64,000 bases of DNA from Chiloscyllium plagiosum (taxonomy: Eukaryota). Numbering within the stretch: position 1 is the stretch's first letter; every line of letters starts with the position of its first letter. Shown piece after piece: positions 52,061 to 64,000 of the stretch. The notes beneath the pieces were generated by a model, which saw only the letters and a list, made by a program, of their open reading frames with translations, made no database searches and was not told where the DNA came from. The translations under genes were made by a program, and so were the position numbers. Location of the stretch: positions 71,216,831-71,280,830 of the forward strand of contig NC_057719.1 in assembly GCF_004010195.1 (NCBI RefSeq), read 5' to 3'.

Positions 52061-52779
52061 CACAGTGTGCTTGTTCAGCAGGAAATTGTGGTGGAATTGA
52101 CCACAACCTTCCAGTACTCCTCAGGTTGAAATGAATGGAGTGAAATGAACTCACAAAGACATGGTTCTACATAAACCCTTATTAATACAGGGCAACAAAG
52201 AATGTTTCTGTGTAAATCAATGGAAATTATGTCAAATATAGGATCTGAGAACAGTCGATCAGTTATTACATTGACTGAAATTGCAATATAACATGAAGAA
52301 TATACACATAAACATTATTAAGTCAATGTACAAATTAAATCCTTTGATTTTGACCTTTCAAGTCCAAACATATTATGAGTGTCTGGAAGTGATTGATGGA
52401 TGGAATTTTCATTAAACACAGCTTTTGCTTTGTTAGTTGGTATTCTGTGTAAATATATATACAAAGTCCTGATCCATAAATCCTTATAGGCATAATGCAA
52501 GCCTCACATTTAGAAACTCCACCTTTACCTCTTGCACCTTCTGATGCTATTCATGTTCACACTCATCTCTCAGTTTCCACATGCTGCCAGCTATAAGACA
52601 CATCACCCAAGCTCACTGCAGTTCCCCATAATGTTTCAGTCCAGGAGGGTGATGATTGCATTCCCCATGAGGTAGCAGGGTGTTCTGCTGACAGGCTTTC
52701 ACTAAACTCAAAGTTCTAGCACCTCTCCCCTCTGACTTCAACAGTTTTTCAGAACTCCTCCAGCAACACAGTCCCCTAA

Positions 52780-53615
52780 TGCTGCTGCAGCAAGAGTGGC
52801 AGATGAAAGTTTAATTTAGATAAATGTGAGGTGTTGCATTTAGGAAAGGCAAATCAGGACTTTCCTTAATGGTAAGCAGGACTTAAACACTTAATGGTAA
52901 GGTCCTGGGGAGTGTTGCTGAACAAAGAGACCTTGGAGTGCAGGTTCCTAGCTCCTTGAAAGTGGAGTTGTAGGGAGATAGGATAGTGAAGAACGTGGTT
53001 TGTGTGCTTTCTTTTACTGGTCAGAGCATTGAATTTAGGAGTTGTGAGGTCATGTTGCAGCTGTACAGGACATTGGTTAGGCCCACTTTTGGAGTACTGT
53101 GTTCAATTCTAATCTCCCTCCTACTGGAAGGATGTTGTTAAACTTGAAAGGTTTCAGAAACGATTTACTAGGATGTTGCCAAGGTTGGAAGATTTGAGCT
53201 ATAAGGCGAGGCTGAATACGCTGGGGCTTTCTCTAGAGTGTCGGAGCCTGAGGAGTGTCTTTATAGAGGTTAATAAAATCATGAGGGACATGGATAGCGT
53301 AAAATAGACAAAGTCTTTTCCCCAGGGTTGGGGAGTCCAGAACTAGAGGGCATAGGTTTAGAGGAAGAGGGGAAAGGTATAAAAGGGCTCTAAGGGGCAA
53401 CGTTTTCACGCAGAGGGTGGTGCATGTATGGAATAAACTGCCAGAGGAAGTGGTGGATTACAAAATTTAAAAGGCATCTAGATGGGCAAATTAATAGGAA
53501 GGGTGAAGAGGGTTATGGGCCAAGTGCCAGCAAATGGAACTCGATTAAGTTAGGTTGGCATGGACTAGTTGGACCGAAGGGTCTTTTTCCAAACTGTACA
53601 TCTCTGTGATTCTAT
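52780..53615 (+). mobile_element. HER1/CR1 3' portion
   Basis: tggcagatgaaagtttaat...ttggagtactgtgttcaattct...gattctatg tail. Confidence 0.9.
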
Positions 53616-53629
53616 GTCAAAACCAGAAA

Positions 53630-53900
53630 ATACTTCACTGATCTGTGCCACCTCCTCCAACCAGACCAGCAGCTGCAGAGATGTGGCATGGAGGGATGGC
53701 ACAACCAGTGACTGTGAAAATTACCAGGACCCTCAATTATTTAATTACTATGTTGCTGGATCCTTTCCATTGTCGGATACTTTCATTGTAGGATTCTCCT
53801 CGACAGGTTTTACTGTCAACATCACAGTTCTGTGTGCATCAGGGAGGTAAAAGAGACACTGCTTACAGGGGCCCTCACTGTCTCCTCTTTCACCAAGAGA
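53630..53900 (+). pseudogene. PIF/Harbinger transposase remnant
   Basis: Frames PVTVKITRTLNY, NYYVAGSFP and CIREVKETLLTGA resemble the Harbinger HTH region. Confidence 0.55.
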
Positions 53901-53978
53901 GAAGCTGGAGGATGGAGTATGTTTTATCAGGGTAACAAGATTGTTAATAGGTGCAGGGAGTCAGTGACTCATTACAGA

Positions 53979-54068
53979 CTCTGCCAGTGCAGCATCTCAA
54001 GTCCCATGTTAATCTTTTCAAATCTCTGCCAGTGCAGCATCTCAAGTCCCATGTTAATCTTTTCAAAT
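53979..54068 (+). repeat. Perfect 45-bp tandem duplication
   Basis: ctctgccagtgcagcatctcaagtcccatgttaatcttttcaaat x2. Confidence 0.97.
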
Positions 54069-54289
54069 AACATTAGTGTGAGGAGTCTTTTGGATAGCAG
54101 GATGCATGTATGAGATAGTGTTGGCAAAAATTCTGAGGGATGGGGCCGGGGAATCATAAATGTCAAGTCAGGTGTGAAATCAATCTTTACCACTGACCTG
54201 ACATTACAATCTATCTCTTTTGCTTCCCTACAGTGGGCATACTTAAAGACCTAATCTAAATCTGTTTAATATTACTTTCCATAACACTA

Positions 54290-54420
54290 CAATCCTGTTG
54301 CTCTAAATTCTGTGCCTTAGATTCTGCTCCATAACCACCTGACGATGGAGCAGCGCTCTGAAAGCTAGTGCTTCCAAATTAACCTCTTGGACTATAACCT
54401 GGTGTTGTGTGATTATTAAC
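54290..54420 (+). mobile_element. Penelope pLTR fragment (third family)
   Basis: Hammerhead followed by ttggactataacctggtgttgtgtgatt. Confidence 0.65.
54336..54370 (+). ncRNA. Minimal type I hammerhead motif (AGCU variant)
   Basis: CAC-CTGACGA-T-GGAGC-AGC-GCTCT-GAAA-GC-TA-GTG. Confidence 0.75.
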
Positions 54421-54640
54421 CCGGTCACACGTGTCATTCATAACATTTGCACCAAAAACTGCAGTTTTCAGTGTTTCCCAATCCTGTACTGTTAGCAGTG
54501 ATTTCTTTTTAAGCCCAAGTTAATAGTCTGAATAGCTATTCTTTCCTTTGATGTTGTATTCGCACTTACACTTGGCAAAAATGGAATTGCTGACTGGTGC
54601 AACTTGTCTGAATTGGGACAGCAAGAAGTTCTTACCATAG

Positions 54641-54752
54641 TAAAACAAAGAATTGTGGATGCTGGAAATCTGAAACAAAAGCAGAATTTCTGGAGGAAAT
54701 ATCAGCAACTCTGGCAGTTAAAGTTTTAAGTTCAGTGACTTTTCATCAGAAC
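54641..54752 (-). mobile_element. Decayed solo Penelope pLTR
   Basis: tgtggatgctggaaatctgaaacaaaa; minus strand ctgatgaaaagtcactgaacttaaaac (decayed hammerhead). Confidence 0.6.
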
Positions 54753-55189
54753 CCAACCTTTCCACTGTAGCAGTCACATTACTGGGAGCTGGGTGTGTTT
54801 GATACAACTTGGTTAAAAAGTGAAAATAGCACTAAGACTCTTTTTGCGAACAAACAAAAAATTTAGAAAATAAGTAATTGAAGATTACAGAAGTTATTTT
54901 GAGGAACAGATGAAAACAAGTATTTTATGTAAATTGCGCTAAAAAATAACCTGCTTCAAAGTCAGAATTTAGCACACAAATTCACCCAATTCCTGACTGC
55001 CATAATTTGAAATGTTTTGGCGGGGATTGGCTCAGTGACGGGGCAGTGGGAGTGTGTTAGAAATTCAATCACCCGCCTTAGAAATCAACAGTCCCACCTC
55101 AGTAAACGCTCCCATAAGATCAGAAGATCTCCCCACTATCGCTGCTCTCCCTCTGACTGAGAGGTGACCTTACAGATAAAATCGTAAGA

Positions 55190-55793
55190 GGTTCAGAACA
55201 TTGAGGATAGGAGTTGGGTGGTCATGTTGCGGCTGTATTGGTGAGGCCACTTTTTGAATATTGCATTCGATTCTGGTCTGGCGGCTACAGGAATGATGTT
55301 GTGGAATGTGAAAGGGTTCAGAAAGGATGTTGGCAGAATTGGAGAGTTTGAGCTATAGCGAGAGGCTGAATAGGCTGTGGGCTGATTTCCCTGGAGCGCC
55401 AGAGGCTGAGGGGTGACCTTATAAAGGTCTATGAGATCATGAGGGGCATATATAGGGTAAATAGACAAGGTATTTTCACTGGGGTGGGGAAGTCCAAAGT
55501 TAGAGTGGCATAGGTTTAGGGTCAGAGGGGAAAGATATAAAAGGGACCTGAGGGGCACCTTTTTCATGCCGAGGGTGGTACGTGTATGGAATGAGCTGCC
55601 AGAAGAAGAGGTGGAGGCTGGTACAATAACAACGTTTGAAAGACTACTGGATGGGGTCATGAATAGGAAGGGTTTAGAGGGATATGGGCCAAGTGCTGGC
55701 AAATGGGATGAGATTAGGTTAGGATATCTGGGTCAGCAGGACGTTTTGGACAAAAGGGTCTGTTTCCATGATGCACATCTCTATGACTCTATA
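55190..55793 (+). mobile_element. HER1/CR1 3' end
   Basis: VVRVWNELPEEEVEAGT; ctatgactctat tail. Confidence 0.9.
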
Positions 55794-55795
55794 AC

Positions 55796-56105
55796 AAGGG
55801 AGCTGGCTTTTCCCCAGGGTCAGGGAGTCCGAAACTAGAGGGGGATGTGTTCAAGGTGAGAGGGATGAGATATAGAAGGGTGCAGAGGGGCAATTCCTTT
55901 CACACAGTGGGAGGTGAGTGTCATCAATGGGCTGCCACAGCTGGTGGTGGAGGGGGGTCCGATTTTGTCATTGAAGAGACCTTTGGGCAGGGACATGGAG
56001 GGGGATAGGGATAGAGGGAGGCAAATGGGACAAGTCTGATTGTGAAAGGACGGCATAGGCAAGTTGGGCCAAAGGACCTGTTTCCATGCCGTAAACCTCT
56101 GTGTC
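55796..56105 (+). mobile_element. Second CR1 3' end in tandem
   Basis: actagaggggg...aggggcaattcctttcacacag...ggacctgtttcc. Confidence 0.75.
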
Positions 56106-57744
56106 TGATTAAACAGCCAACTCTTAATTTAACACAAAATTGTGGATTTTCATGGTGAGTGGGTAGAATCCACTCATCCCCTCCTCTGAATATTTGGATT
56201 GTACTGACTGATTTCCAATGGTTGCAGGATTGTTCAAAGAGCAAATAACAGGACACCTAATGTCATGTCACTGATAATCCAGAAGAGGTGGGGTTGCACT
56301 GGGGTATCCTGTATCCACAAGTGAAAAACACTCCATCTGACCCACCTGAACCCCATCTCCTGCGTTTGTTGGTGTTGCTGTATTTCATTACAGATTCAAG
56401 CGTCTGCAGTCATTTGTTCCTCCATTTTGTTTAATCAACTACCACATCTCTTCGAGGAATGTCTCTCCTGAAGAAGTTTTGCTCTCGCCTGATGTTTTCC
56501 TGCCACTCCTCTTGCAGAGCCAGAACTTAGCAGAATGTTGCTGATCAAAATCTACTTATCTTGGTGACTCCTGGAAGGAGTCCAATGAGATAGAGTAACA
56601 CAGAATTCCTTCTTTTCAGGTGATAGCTGAGAGAACTGCTGGAACAAACATTAGGAGTTCGAAATAAAGTTTCGACATGTCAGAAGATATTCTGATTGAT
56701 GTAAGAAGATTGAAACTTCCAATTCAAGTGAAGAGTAAAAGAAACTAAACCTTTAAGTATTATTTGAAATTCAAAGCAAAGTTTTATTTATTCCCTAATA
56801 GTTGATCAATGATTGGACAGGGTACTGGTTTAAAGTCCTATACCCCAAAATACTCACAACCACCCAAATGGACACGTACAGGCAATTTAAATAGCAATCA
56901 CATCAGAGGGTCTTTTAGACCTGAAAATTGCTGTTTCTTTCCTTCTGTCTCTCTCTACATTAGGACTGATGATTACATGGCGAAGAATTTATAGGTTTCC
57001 TATCTATGCACATAAAAGCCTTATGAATTCATCACACCTGAAGTGTCAGGCTTGAAAGCATCACATTTACACCTGATTGACTCAACTACCATATTCATAA
57101 AATAACAACAAATCTACACTTCCTTCAGCAACAGCAATTAGCTTCTAATTGATCACAGGATGTGCAGGGAGTTACAAACAGCTGCTAATCTAAAGTTAGA
57201 ACTCTTTCAGCAACGACAATTAGCCTGCAATTGAGCCCAAGGTGCACTTTATTGGGACACTTCCCAGAGAGGACGCATTGGGATCTTAAAGGGACAGGCC
57301 ATTTTAGGCATTGCTTATCTTGTAGCAACAGACAGATTGTCTCCATGTACTTCCTTTACATCTGTTCTAAAAGGTTTATGAAAATCTAAGTGTCCCACTT
57401 ATTTTTTTTAATAAAACATTGTGTTTACATGGCATAATGGTCCTGCTGTTGCAAAACAGTGAATGTTCTAATGCACAGGGAACAGTGCTATGGCAAATCA
57501 TTGAGTATAACAAAGAAGTGCTTGCATTCACAGTTAATACTGTCTTCCCATATTCAATTTGTACAATGTATTATTGTTTTTGATATCAAAACTGCAGCAG
57601 CTTCTTTTAACTGTATTAAAAATCTGTTCTAAGAAAAGCAAAGCATACTTTTGCACCGTATACAAAACTAGTAAAGGAAATAGAAAGCATGTTGGTGATT
57701 TCTCTTTATTTAAGATGCTTCTGCTGGCCTTTTTGGTATAGTAG

Positions 57745-57995
57745 GCTAAACCGTGTCTGTCCACCACCTGCAAAGCATGAGTCAGGGCTGTGATTGAATA
57801 TTCACTTGCCCTGTTGCTGGGTTAAAATCCTCGGAACCCCCCACCTCCCACCAGGGCACTGTGGGCACTACAGCACATAGACTGCAGTAGTTCAAGAAGG
57901 CAACTCGCAACCACCTTGTCAAGGACAACTAAGAATGGGCCATAAATGCTGGCCAACCAGCGCTGCCCATCTCCCACGAATAATTTTTTAAAAAG
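57745..57995 (+). mobile_element. LINE 3' end, 5716-6240 family, internally deleted
   Basis: accacctgcaaagcatgagtcagg; gactgcagtagttcaagaaggc...ataaatgctggcc. Confidence 0.65.
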
Positions 57996-59299
57996 CCTTT
58001 GCATTGGTTGTGTTGGAGGTGAGCAGGATGGAAATTTGGTGGCCCCACCTAATAACCATAATTTGTAGATTAGACTAAACATGGTGGCTGTCTCTGTGCG
58101 CAGCCAAGAGCTCAAAACAAGTGGTACAGCCAACCTTTTGCTCTTAAAGGATGTCTACTCTTCCAAAGAAAGGGACATTGTATTGTGTAATATTGCTCCA
58201 AATTAAAATATGGAAAATAGGGTATAGATAGGGTTCTAGGGTGACAAATATTGCTTCATAGGTGTTAGTTCCAGGCTTGGTAGAGAGGGGCAAAGTCTTA
58301 ATTCTTTTGTAGAGGGATGCAAGAAGACTCTCAAGGGTTACCCTCAGGAAACAGTGGGAGCAGCTTGTTTAATGCTGTGTCTGACACCAAGGATTTGACA
58401 GGAAATCGTCATATAGGGAGTCAAGCCAATGATTCATCATCAGCCAACAAACCCCAATCCAGAACACCCACCAACTTCCCAGCTGTTCAATGCTCCGTAC
58501 ACTCACCACTCATCTATCAAAAGTCCCTAGAACATTGGACTCATGTCCTATATCCTGATATTTCAATCACCGTCACATACCTACTGCTGTCAGCCTCACA
58601 TTGACCTCCTTCCGCCTCCAGATATTCCCATCTCTGGCTGTTCAGCTATTGTAGGGACATCACTCCACCGCAGTGCTAAATAATGACTGAGAGTCTGTCG
58701 TCTTCTTTCAGGATGAGGTAGCATTCTATAGAATGGAGCACAGTCAGAGGGAGGACAAGGACACCTGCATGGCTCTCAACATCATTGAATGACTGTAACA
58801 GAGCTCACCCTCCAGCACTAGCAAGAACATTAAGGATGATGGTATGTCTCTGCCTTATGCACTTTCTTAATTTCCAACTCATCCACATCCTGCTATCTAC
58901 ATCCTGAGCAAGCTGAAGATGGTGTGACCAGGAACCTGCTACTACCTAACTCTGCCCTAACCCCTATCCACTCCCCCTTACCTTCCATACACTAATCCTT
59001 CCGAGTTCCTGCTTTCAGAAACCCAACCACTGCTGCCCAAGAGGAAGAGAGACAGCAACAGCACAGCACTGTTGAAGAGAGCCCATTTCTTGATGTGTCA
59101 TCTATAGCCCCCAGCTCAGATACTGGATCTGCAAGTAGCTAGGGAGGTGAACATAGAGACACCAGGCACTGGAGGACTGCAGTTACATCAGGGATAAGTA
59201 AGGGGGGGTGAGTAGGGATAATGGTTAATTGGTTTAATTTTCAAGTTCACTGGAAAACAAGGTCATGGACAGTCTCTGCTGCAGAGGACTCAGACGAGG

Positions 59300-60070
59300 A
59301 TCTCAATTCATGATTCTTCATGTTCCACAATTTCCGCTTTGAATGGTCTGAAATTTCTCCATTTCTTCCTCGAAAAGTTGCCTGAGCGGTCCCCATCCAC
59401 CAGCACATCCTTTTCCCTGGCTGAGCTCATTCCCACTTTGAACAACTTCTCCCATTAACCCATCTCATTTTCATCTCAATTCATGTCAAATGTGTGACAT
59501 GGGGACAAATGTGGTTTTCAGCTATGCCTGTCTCTTTGTGGGATATGTGGAATATTTCTTGTTCTAGTCCAACTTGGGCTCCTTCCCCAAATCTTTCCTG
59601 CTCTCAACCAGAATTGGAAAAAAATCATGAGTTTTAATTTTAATTGCGATCCTCTCTTAACTTCACCTGGTCCATCTCCGACACTTCCTTTCCTTGACTA
59701 TTTCCATTTGCTGAAAATGTGTTGCTGGAAAAGCGCAGCAGGTCAGGCAGCATCCAAGGAACAGGAGAATCGACGTTTCGGGCATAAGCCCTTCTTCCTG
59801 AAGAAGGGCTTAAGCCCGAAACGTCAATTCTCCTGTTCCTTGGATGCTGCCTGACCTGCTGCGCTTTTCCAGCAACACATTTTCAGCTCTGATCTCCAGC
59901 ATCTGCAGCCCTCACTTTCTCCTATTTCCATTTGCTTGTCACCAACAGCCATTACAAGCCACTGACTTCCACAGAGTTATACTCAACTACACCTGGAAGG
60001 ATTCTCCATTCTTTCAATTTCTCCATCTCCATTACATCTGCTTTGATTATGCCACTTGGCTGCCTCCAAC
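59300..60070 (+). mobile_element. Old Penelope RT fossil hosting the 59710 hairpin
   Basis: LAELIPTLNNFS; MG...SYACLFVGYVE; LPFLD. Confidence 0.7.
59710..59921. mobile_element. Fold-back Penelope-pLTR element with hammerhead
   Basis: Arms 59710-59797 and 59800-59887, 86/88 complementary; TSD ctatttccatttgct at 59698-59712 and 59922-59936. Confidence 0.9.
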
Positions 60071-60074
60071 ATAA

Positions 60075-60735
60075 AATTATAACAGGACTAGATAGGTAGA
60101 TGCAGGAAGGATGTTCCCAGTGAAGGGGAGTCCAGAATTAGGGGTCACAGTTTAAGGAGACAATGTAAACCATTTAGATTAGATTAGATTAGATTAGATT
60201 CCCTACAGTGTGGAAACAGGCCCTTCGGCCCAACCAGTCCACACAGACCCTCCAAAACAGAACCCACCCAGACCCATTTCCCTCTGACTCATGCACCTAA
60301 CACTACAGGCAATTTAGCATGGCCAATTCACCTGACACGCACATCTTTGGACTGTGGGAGGAAACTGGAGCACCCAGAGGAAACCCACACAGACACAGGG
60401 AGAATGTGCAAACTCCACACAGACAGTCGCCCGAGGCTGGAATCGAGCCTGGTGCTGTGAGGCAGTAGTGCTAACCACTGAGAGTTTAGGACTGAAGAGA
60501 GTTGCTTCACTGAGAATGGTGAGCCCATGATATTCATTAACACAGAAAGCAATTGAGGCCAAAAACAGTGTATGATTTCAAGAAGGATTTGGATATAGCA
60601 CTTGATTCTAAAGAGACCAAAGGGTATGGGACAAAGCAAAAAACAGGCTATGAAACTGGATGATCAGCCATGATCATAATGAATGCCAAAGCAAGCCCAA
60701 CGGGCTGAATGGCCTATTTTCAATGTTTCCATGAC
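60075..60735 (+). mobile_element. CR1 3' end interrupted by a SINE
   Basis: gggagtccagaattaggggtcacagtttaagg...gatgatcagccatgatcataatgaatg. Confidence 0.8.
60174..60482 (-). mobile_element. HE1-like V-SINE
   Basis: (ttaga)n tail, core, part of head. Confidence 0.9.
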
Positions 60736-60765
60736 CTTTTTCTTCAAACAAAAATTCTTTCCCAT

Positions 60766-60998
60766 AAAATAAAAGCAAATTACTGCGGATGCTGGAATCT
60801 GAAACCAAAAGAGAAAATGCTGGAAAATCTCAGCAGGTCTGGCAGCATCTGTAAGGAGAGAAAAGAGCTGAGGTTTCGAATCTAACTGACCCAGCTTTGA
60901 CAAAGGGTCAGTTAGACTCAAAACATCAGCTCTTTTCTCTCCTTACAGATGCTGCCAGACCTGCTGAGATTTTCCAGCATTTTCTCTTTTGGTTAAAG
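60766..60998. mobile_element. Second fold-back Penelope-pLTR element (different family)
   Basis: Arms 60803-60892 and 60905-60994, 87/90 complementary; TSD attctttcccat at 60754-60765 and 60999-61010. Confidence 0.88.
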
Positions 60999-61059
60999 AT
61001 TCTTTCCCATTTTAGTTGGCAGGAATCTTGAGTAACTTCCTGGTCATGTGACCTTGCAG

Positions 61060-61322
61060 CTTTGAGTGCATGTTATTAGCAATCCCTTTGTCTTTGCTTC
61101 TGTTCACACCGTGTTCCACTTGCTCCCTCAACCCCTCTATCTACAGCATAAAAAAAACAAAATTTTCCAACCTGTTTCAATTCCAAAAGAAGAGCCATAT
61201 CAAACTCAAAATATTAACTCTGTTTCTCTCTCCTCAGATTGGGCTAGGTCTGCTAAGTTTCTCCAGCATGCTATGTTTTTGCTTCAGATTTGAAGCATTC
61301 ACAATATTTTACTTTTATTATG
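61060..61322 (+). mobile_element. Decayed Penelope pLTR
   Basis: aagaagagccatatcaaactcaaaatattaactc (decayed hammerhead)...ctccagcat...cagatttgaagcat. Confidence 0.55.
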
Positions 61323-64000
61323 GGATCTCGATGGGGCAGTATACCGGAGAATTCTGATAAACATGTGCACTGAATGCTGCCTGACCCCAGAGAGATTTCT
61401 GTCACTGTCAAGTTGGCAGAGGACATCAAACAGCTTGCGTTGCCTGCAACCTCTGCCCCATGTACATCTCATACTGTTGACCCTAAGGCCCCATACCTGT
61501 TGCAGTTTCTATGTTTACAGGTCACCGCTCCTCTACTATCCCTGTGACAGTGCAGCAACTCTCAGGTCTAGGAATTTAGCACCAAATTACAAATGCATTC
61601 CAGAGTACTTGGAGAAACTTTACAAGAGTAGGATTTCTTTCAAAATCAACCAAAATGTAAGTCAGATGCCTGGCCCTTTAAAAATTCTAATCTGCTTGGC
61701 AGTTCAGTACGTTTTGTGTACAGTGATGTGCAAAATCATTCAATGAGGCTGAGTTGTCAAAGTTAGGCAATCCAGCAACAGTGAGCCATTGGGGTTATGT
61801 GGTATCTGGATAGCACTGATTTCAGTTCCTTCCAGGGCACATGGGAAGATCTATATTTAAGCCCTTCTCAAGAAGGTGTGCTACACAGGAAGCAGTTGGC
61901 AGCAGCATGACGACCCCCATTGAAAGGCCATTAGGCTTCCAGTGGTGCTATGGAAACAAAATTCATACACACTAAGATGTAATTGTTGTACATTACAAGT
62001 ACTGACCTGACAATTTGTAATGCATGGTTTCTCATGTCAGTGATATAAATGTGCAGGTTCGTTCTGTACTTGGTCCTTGCAAATGTTCCCTTTTTGCATT
62101 ATCAAAATTGTGTCTCAATGATTTTAATATTCTTGGTTTTTTTCTCAAATCTGTTCTAGAATTCTTTGGTTGATATCTCATAACTCTGCCATGTGGCAAA
62201 ATACCAGATTTTAATCAACTCCACTAAAAAATAATATGAGTTCCACTAAATAATAATGGCAACTGTTTGGAAAAGCTCATAAGTTTAACTACTTAGTCAA
62301 AAATTCTGGTAGTTTACCCCACTTTAATAAACTCCCCAAAAATATAGATGGTTAGAATTGTTTTGTGCAGGTATTTAATCTGTTCACTTAGGATAATCTA
62401 TAGATTGATTATGTGGTTAAAAAATACAGGGAGACTTGTGTTAATTGCAATGCAAATGGAATTTGTTTACTGCAATCTTTCAACATCTTTTATATTCAGG
62501 ATGTACAAATTGGAGAACTCAGAATGTTAGAAATATGGCAGACCAGCTGTCTATTCCAGTTTGTTTCCATATGTCTTTATACTTGTGATAATCTGCAGTA
62601 GGGGTATTATTACACATGACTTTTAGAGATGCAGGTTCTATGAATGTTTCATGTTTGCATATTTTTCCTTGAAGTGTGACCTTTATCGATATTTAAAAAT
62701 GCAATGTTTTGTTTGAATAATCATCTCTACTAATGATTTCCACAATCATTATTATATAAAGGCTGATACCGATAAGCAGTAAAGAAATGCTGTAAGTCCC
62801 AAAAAATGACAAATTGACATAGTAAAATGCATCTGACATCGCTTGTGTATAATTTGTACCATGTACTATATCAAAAACTATCACCATTACTCTTTAGAAA
62901 ATATTAACCTTTCCATTCTATAATATTTGGAAGGTGTAAAACTAAAATTCAGCAATTAGAAATTACTGTTCTTCACAAAATATATTTGTTCAGTGTGAAT
63001 CATTTCTATGATCTATGATGATAGTCCCAGTTTCAACAGCAGTTGATTTTCAAACCTACGAACCATTCAATGTCACCAGTTCTCAGTCAAACTATTAGGT
63101 CCTGAGCACAGAATTTACTGTCACAGAAAAATTGACATCCCACAACGCTAAGCTAATAAATGTTCACTTTGTTTCTTAAGTAGCATTAGCATTGAAGAAA
63201 TGAATAAATATTTCTCAAATAGTACCTACCTTTTAGAGGGAGATAACTTATAATTTTAAGAGATTAGTGAATCAGGACAAAGATATGTTTCAAAAAGTCA
63301 TGTTCTATTTGTTGAAGGGGAGGGGAAGAATTTGGCCAACAGCACAATTATTTCACAATGGTTTGTGAATATAGTGCCAAGAAACAATTGTACACATTGA
63401 TCCCCAGCAGGCTTCTATTTGAATCATCCTTTTGAGAATAAACTGCTGGCAATATTGCAACTTCAGAAGGTTAAGGACAGGAAGATACCGCCAGGAACAC
63501 ACAGAGCTAACAGATTCCAGAAAGGAGTTTTAATGAGATTATTAAACAAGTGTCAACAAACCCCAACATCCTCCTACTGCTCCTCACCCTAGTAAAAACA
63601 GTAAGTGCTAATCTCACTGTTTAGATGTTTTGCTTGGGATCAATACTGTAATAGGTCAAATCCTTTAATACCTTTAAAAACAGTGAAAATATATAAATCT
63701 AAATTGCAAATGGAGTTCTGATAATGGATCAGGAGATACATTATGGTAGATTGTCGATTAAATACAAGCAAAAATAATGATGAGGCACTGAAGAGAATAA
63801 ATGACAATTTGGTAAATAGGGCCTGAAAATTCTCTAGCTATTACATTGGGCCCACACACTGGGACATTATAGAGCAGGAATGCTGGATTTTCTGCTGCTT
63901 CCTTAACTGAGGCCATCCGCCCTCAAACAGAATTATTTGTGCCCTCTTATCTCACTGTGTTAACCACTTTGAAGACTTTTACCAGGTCCAGTGAAGTCAG

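Noticed and set aside
53979..54068. CRISPR-like repeat
   Set aside because: Two adjacent units, no spacer, eukaryotic context
62693..62887. Hydrophobic 64-aa ORF as a membrane protein exon
   Set aside because: Expected from AT-rich DNA; no clear splice sites or recognisable family

Overview
Repeat-dense, non-coding (intronic or intergenic) vertebrate DNA with two assembly gaps (29-528, 40219-40424). The repeats point to a shark: HE1-like V-SINEs, HER1/CR1 LINEs and a Deu-domain SINE. I found no host protein-coding gene that I can support; every ORF with recognisable homology is a transposon remnant. Contents: 7 HE1-like SINEs, many CR1/HER1 pieces, L2-like and Rex1/Babar LINEs, several decayed Gypsy elements (one LTR followed by a tRNA-Pro primer-binding site, one with paired LTRs and an extra coiled-coil frame), Harbinger remnants, and at least 10 Penelope-like (PLE) insertions. 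The most notable layer is RNA structure. The PLE termini carry minimal type I hammerhead ribozyme motifs. Two tiny TSD-flanked elements are ~90-bp fold-back hairpins that turn at the ribozyme core, one with a U3-A8 core variant. Family names come from recalled motifs, not database searches, and boundaries of old repeats are approximate.
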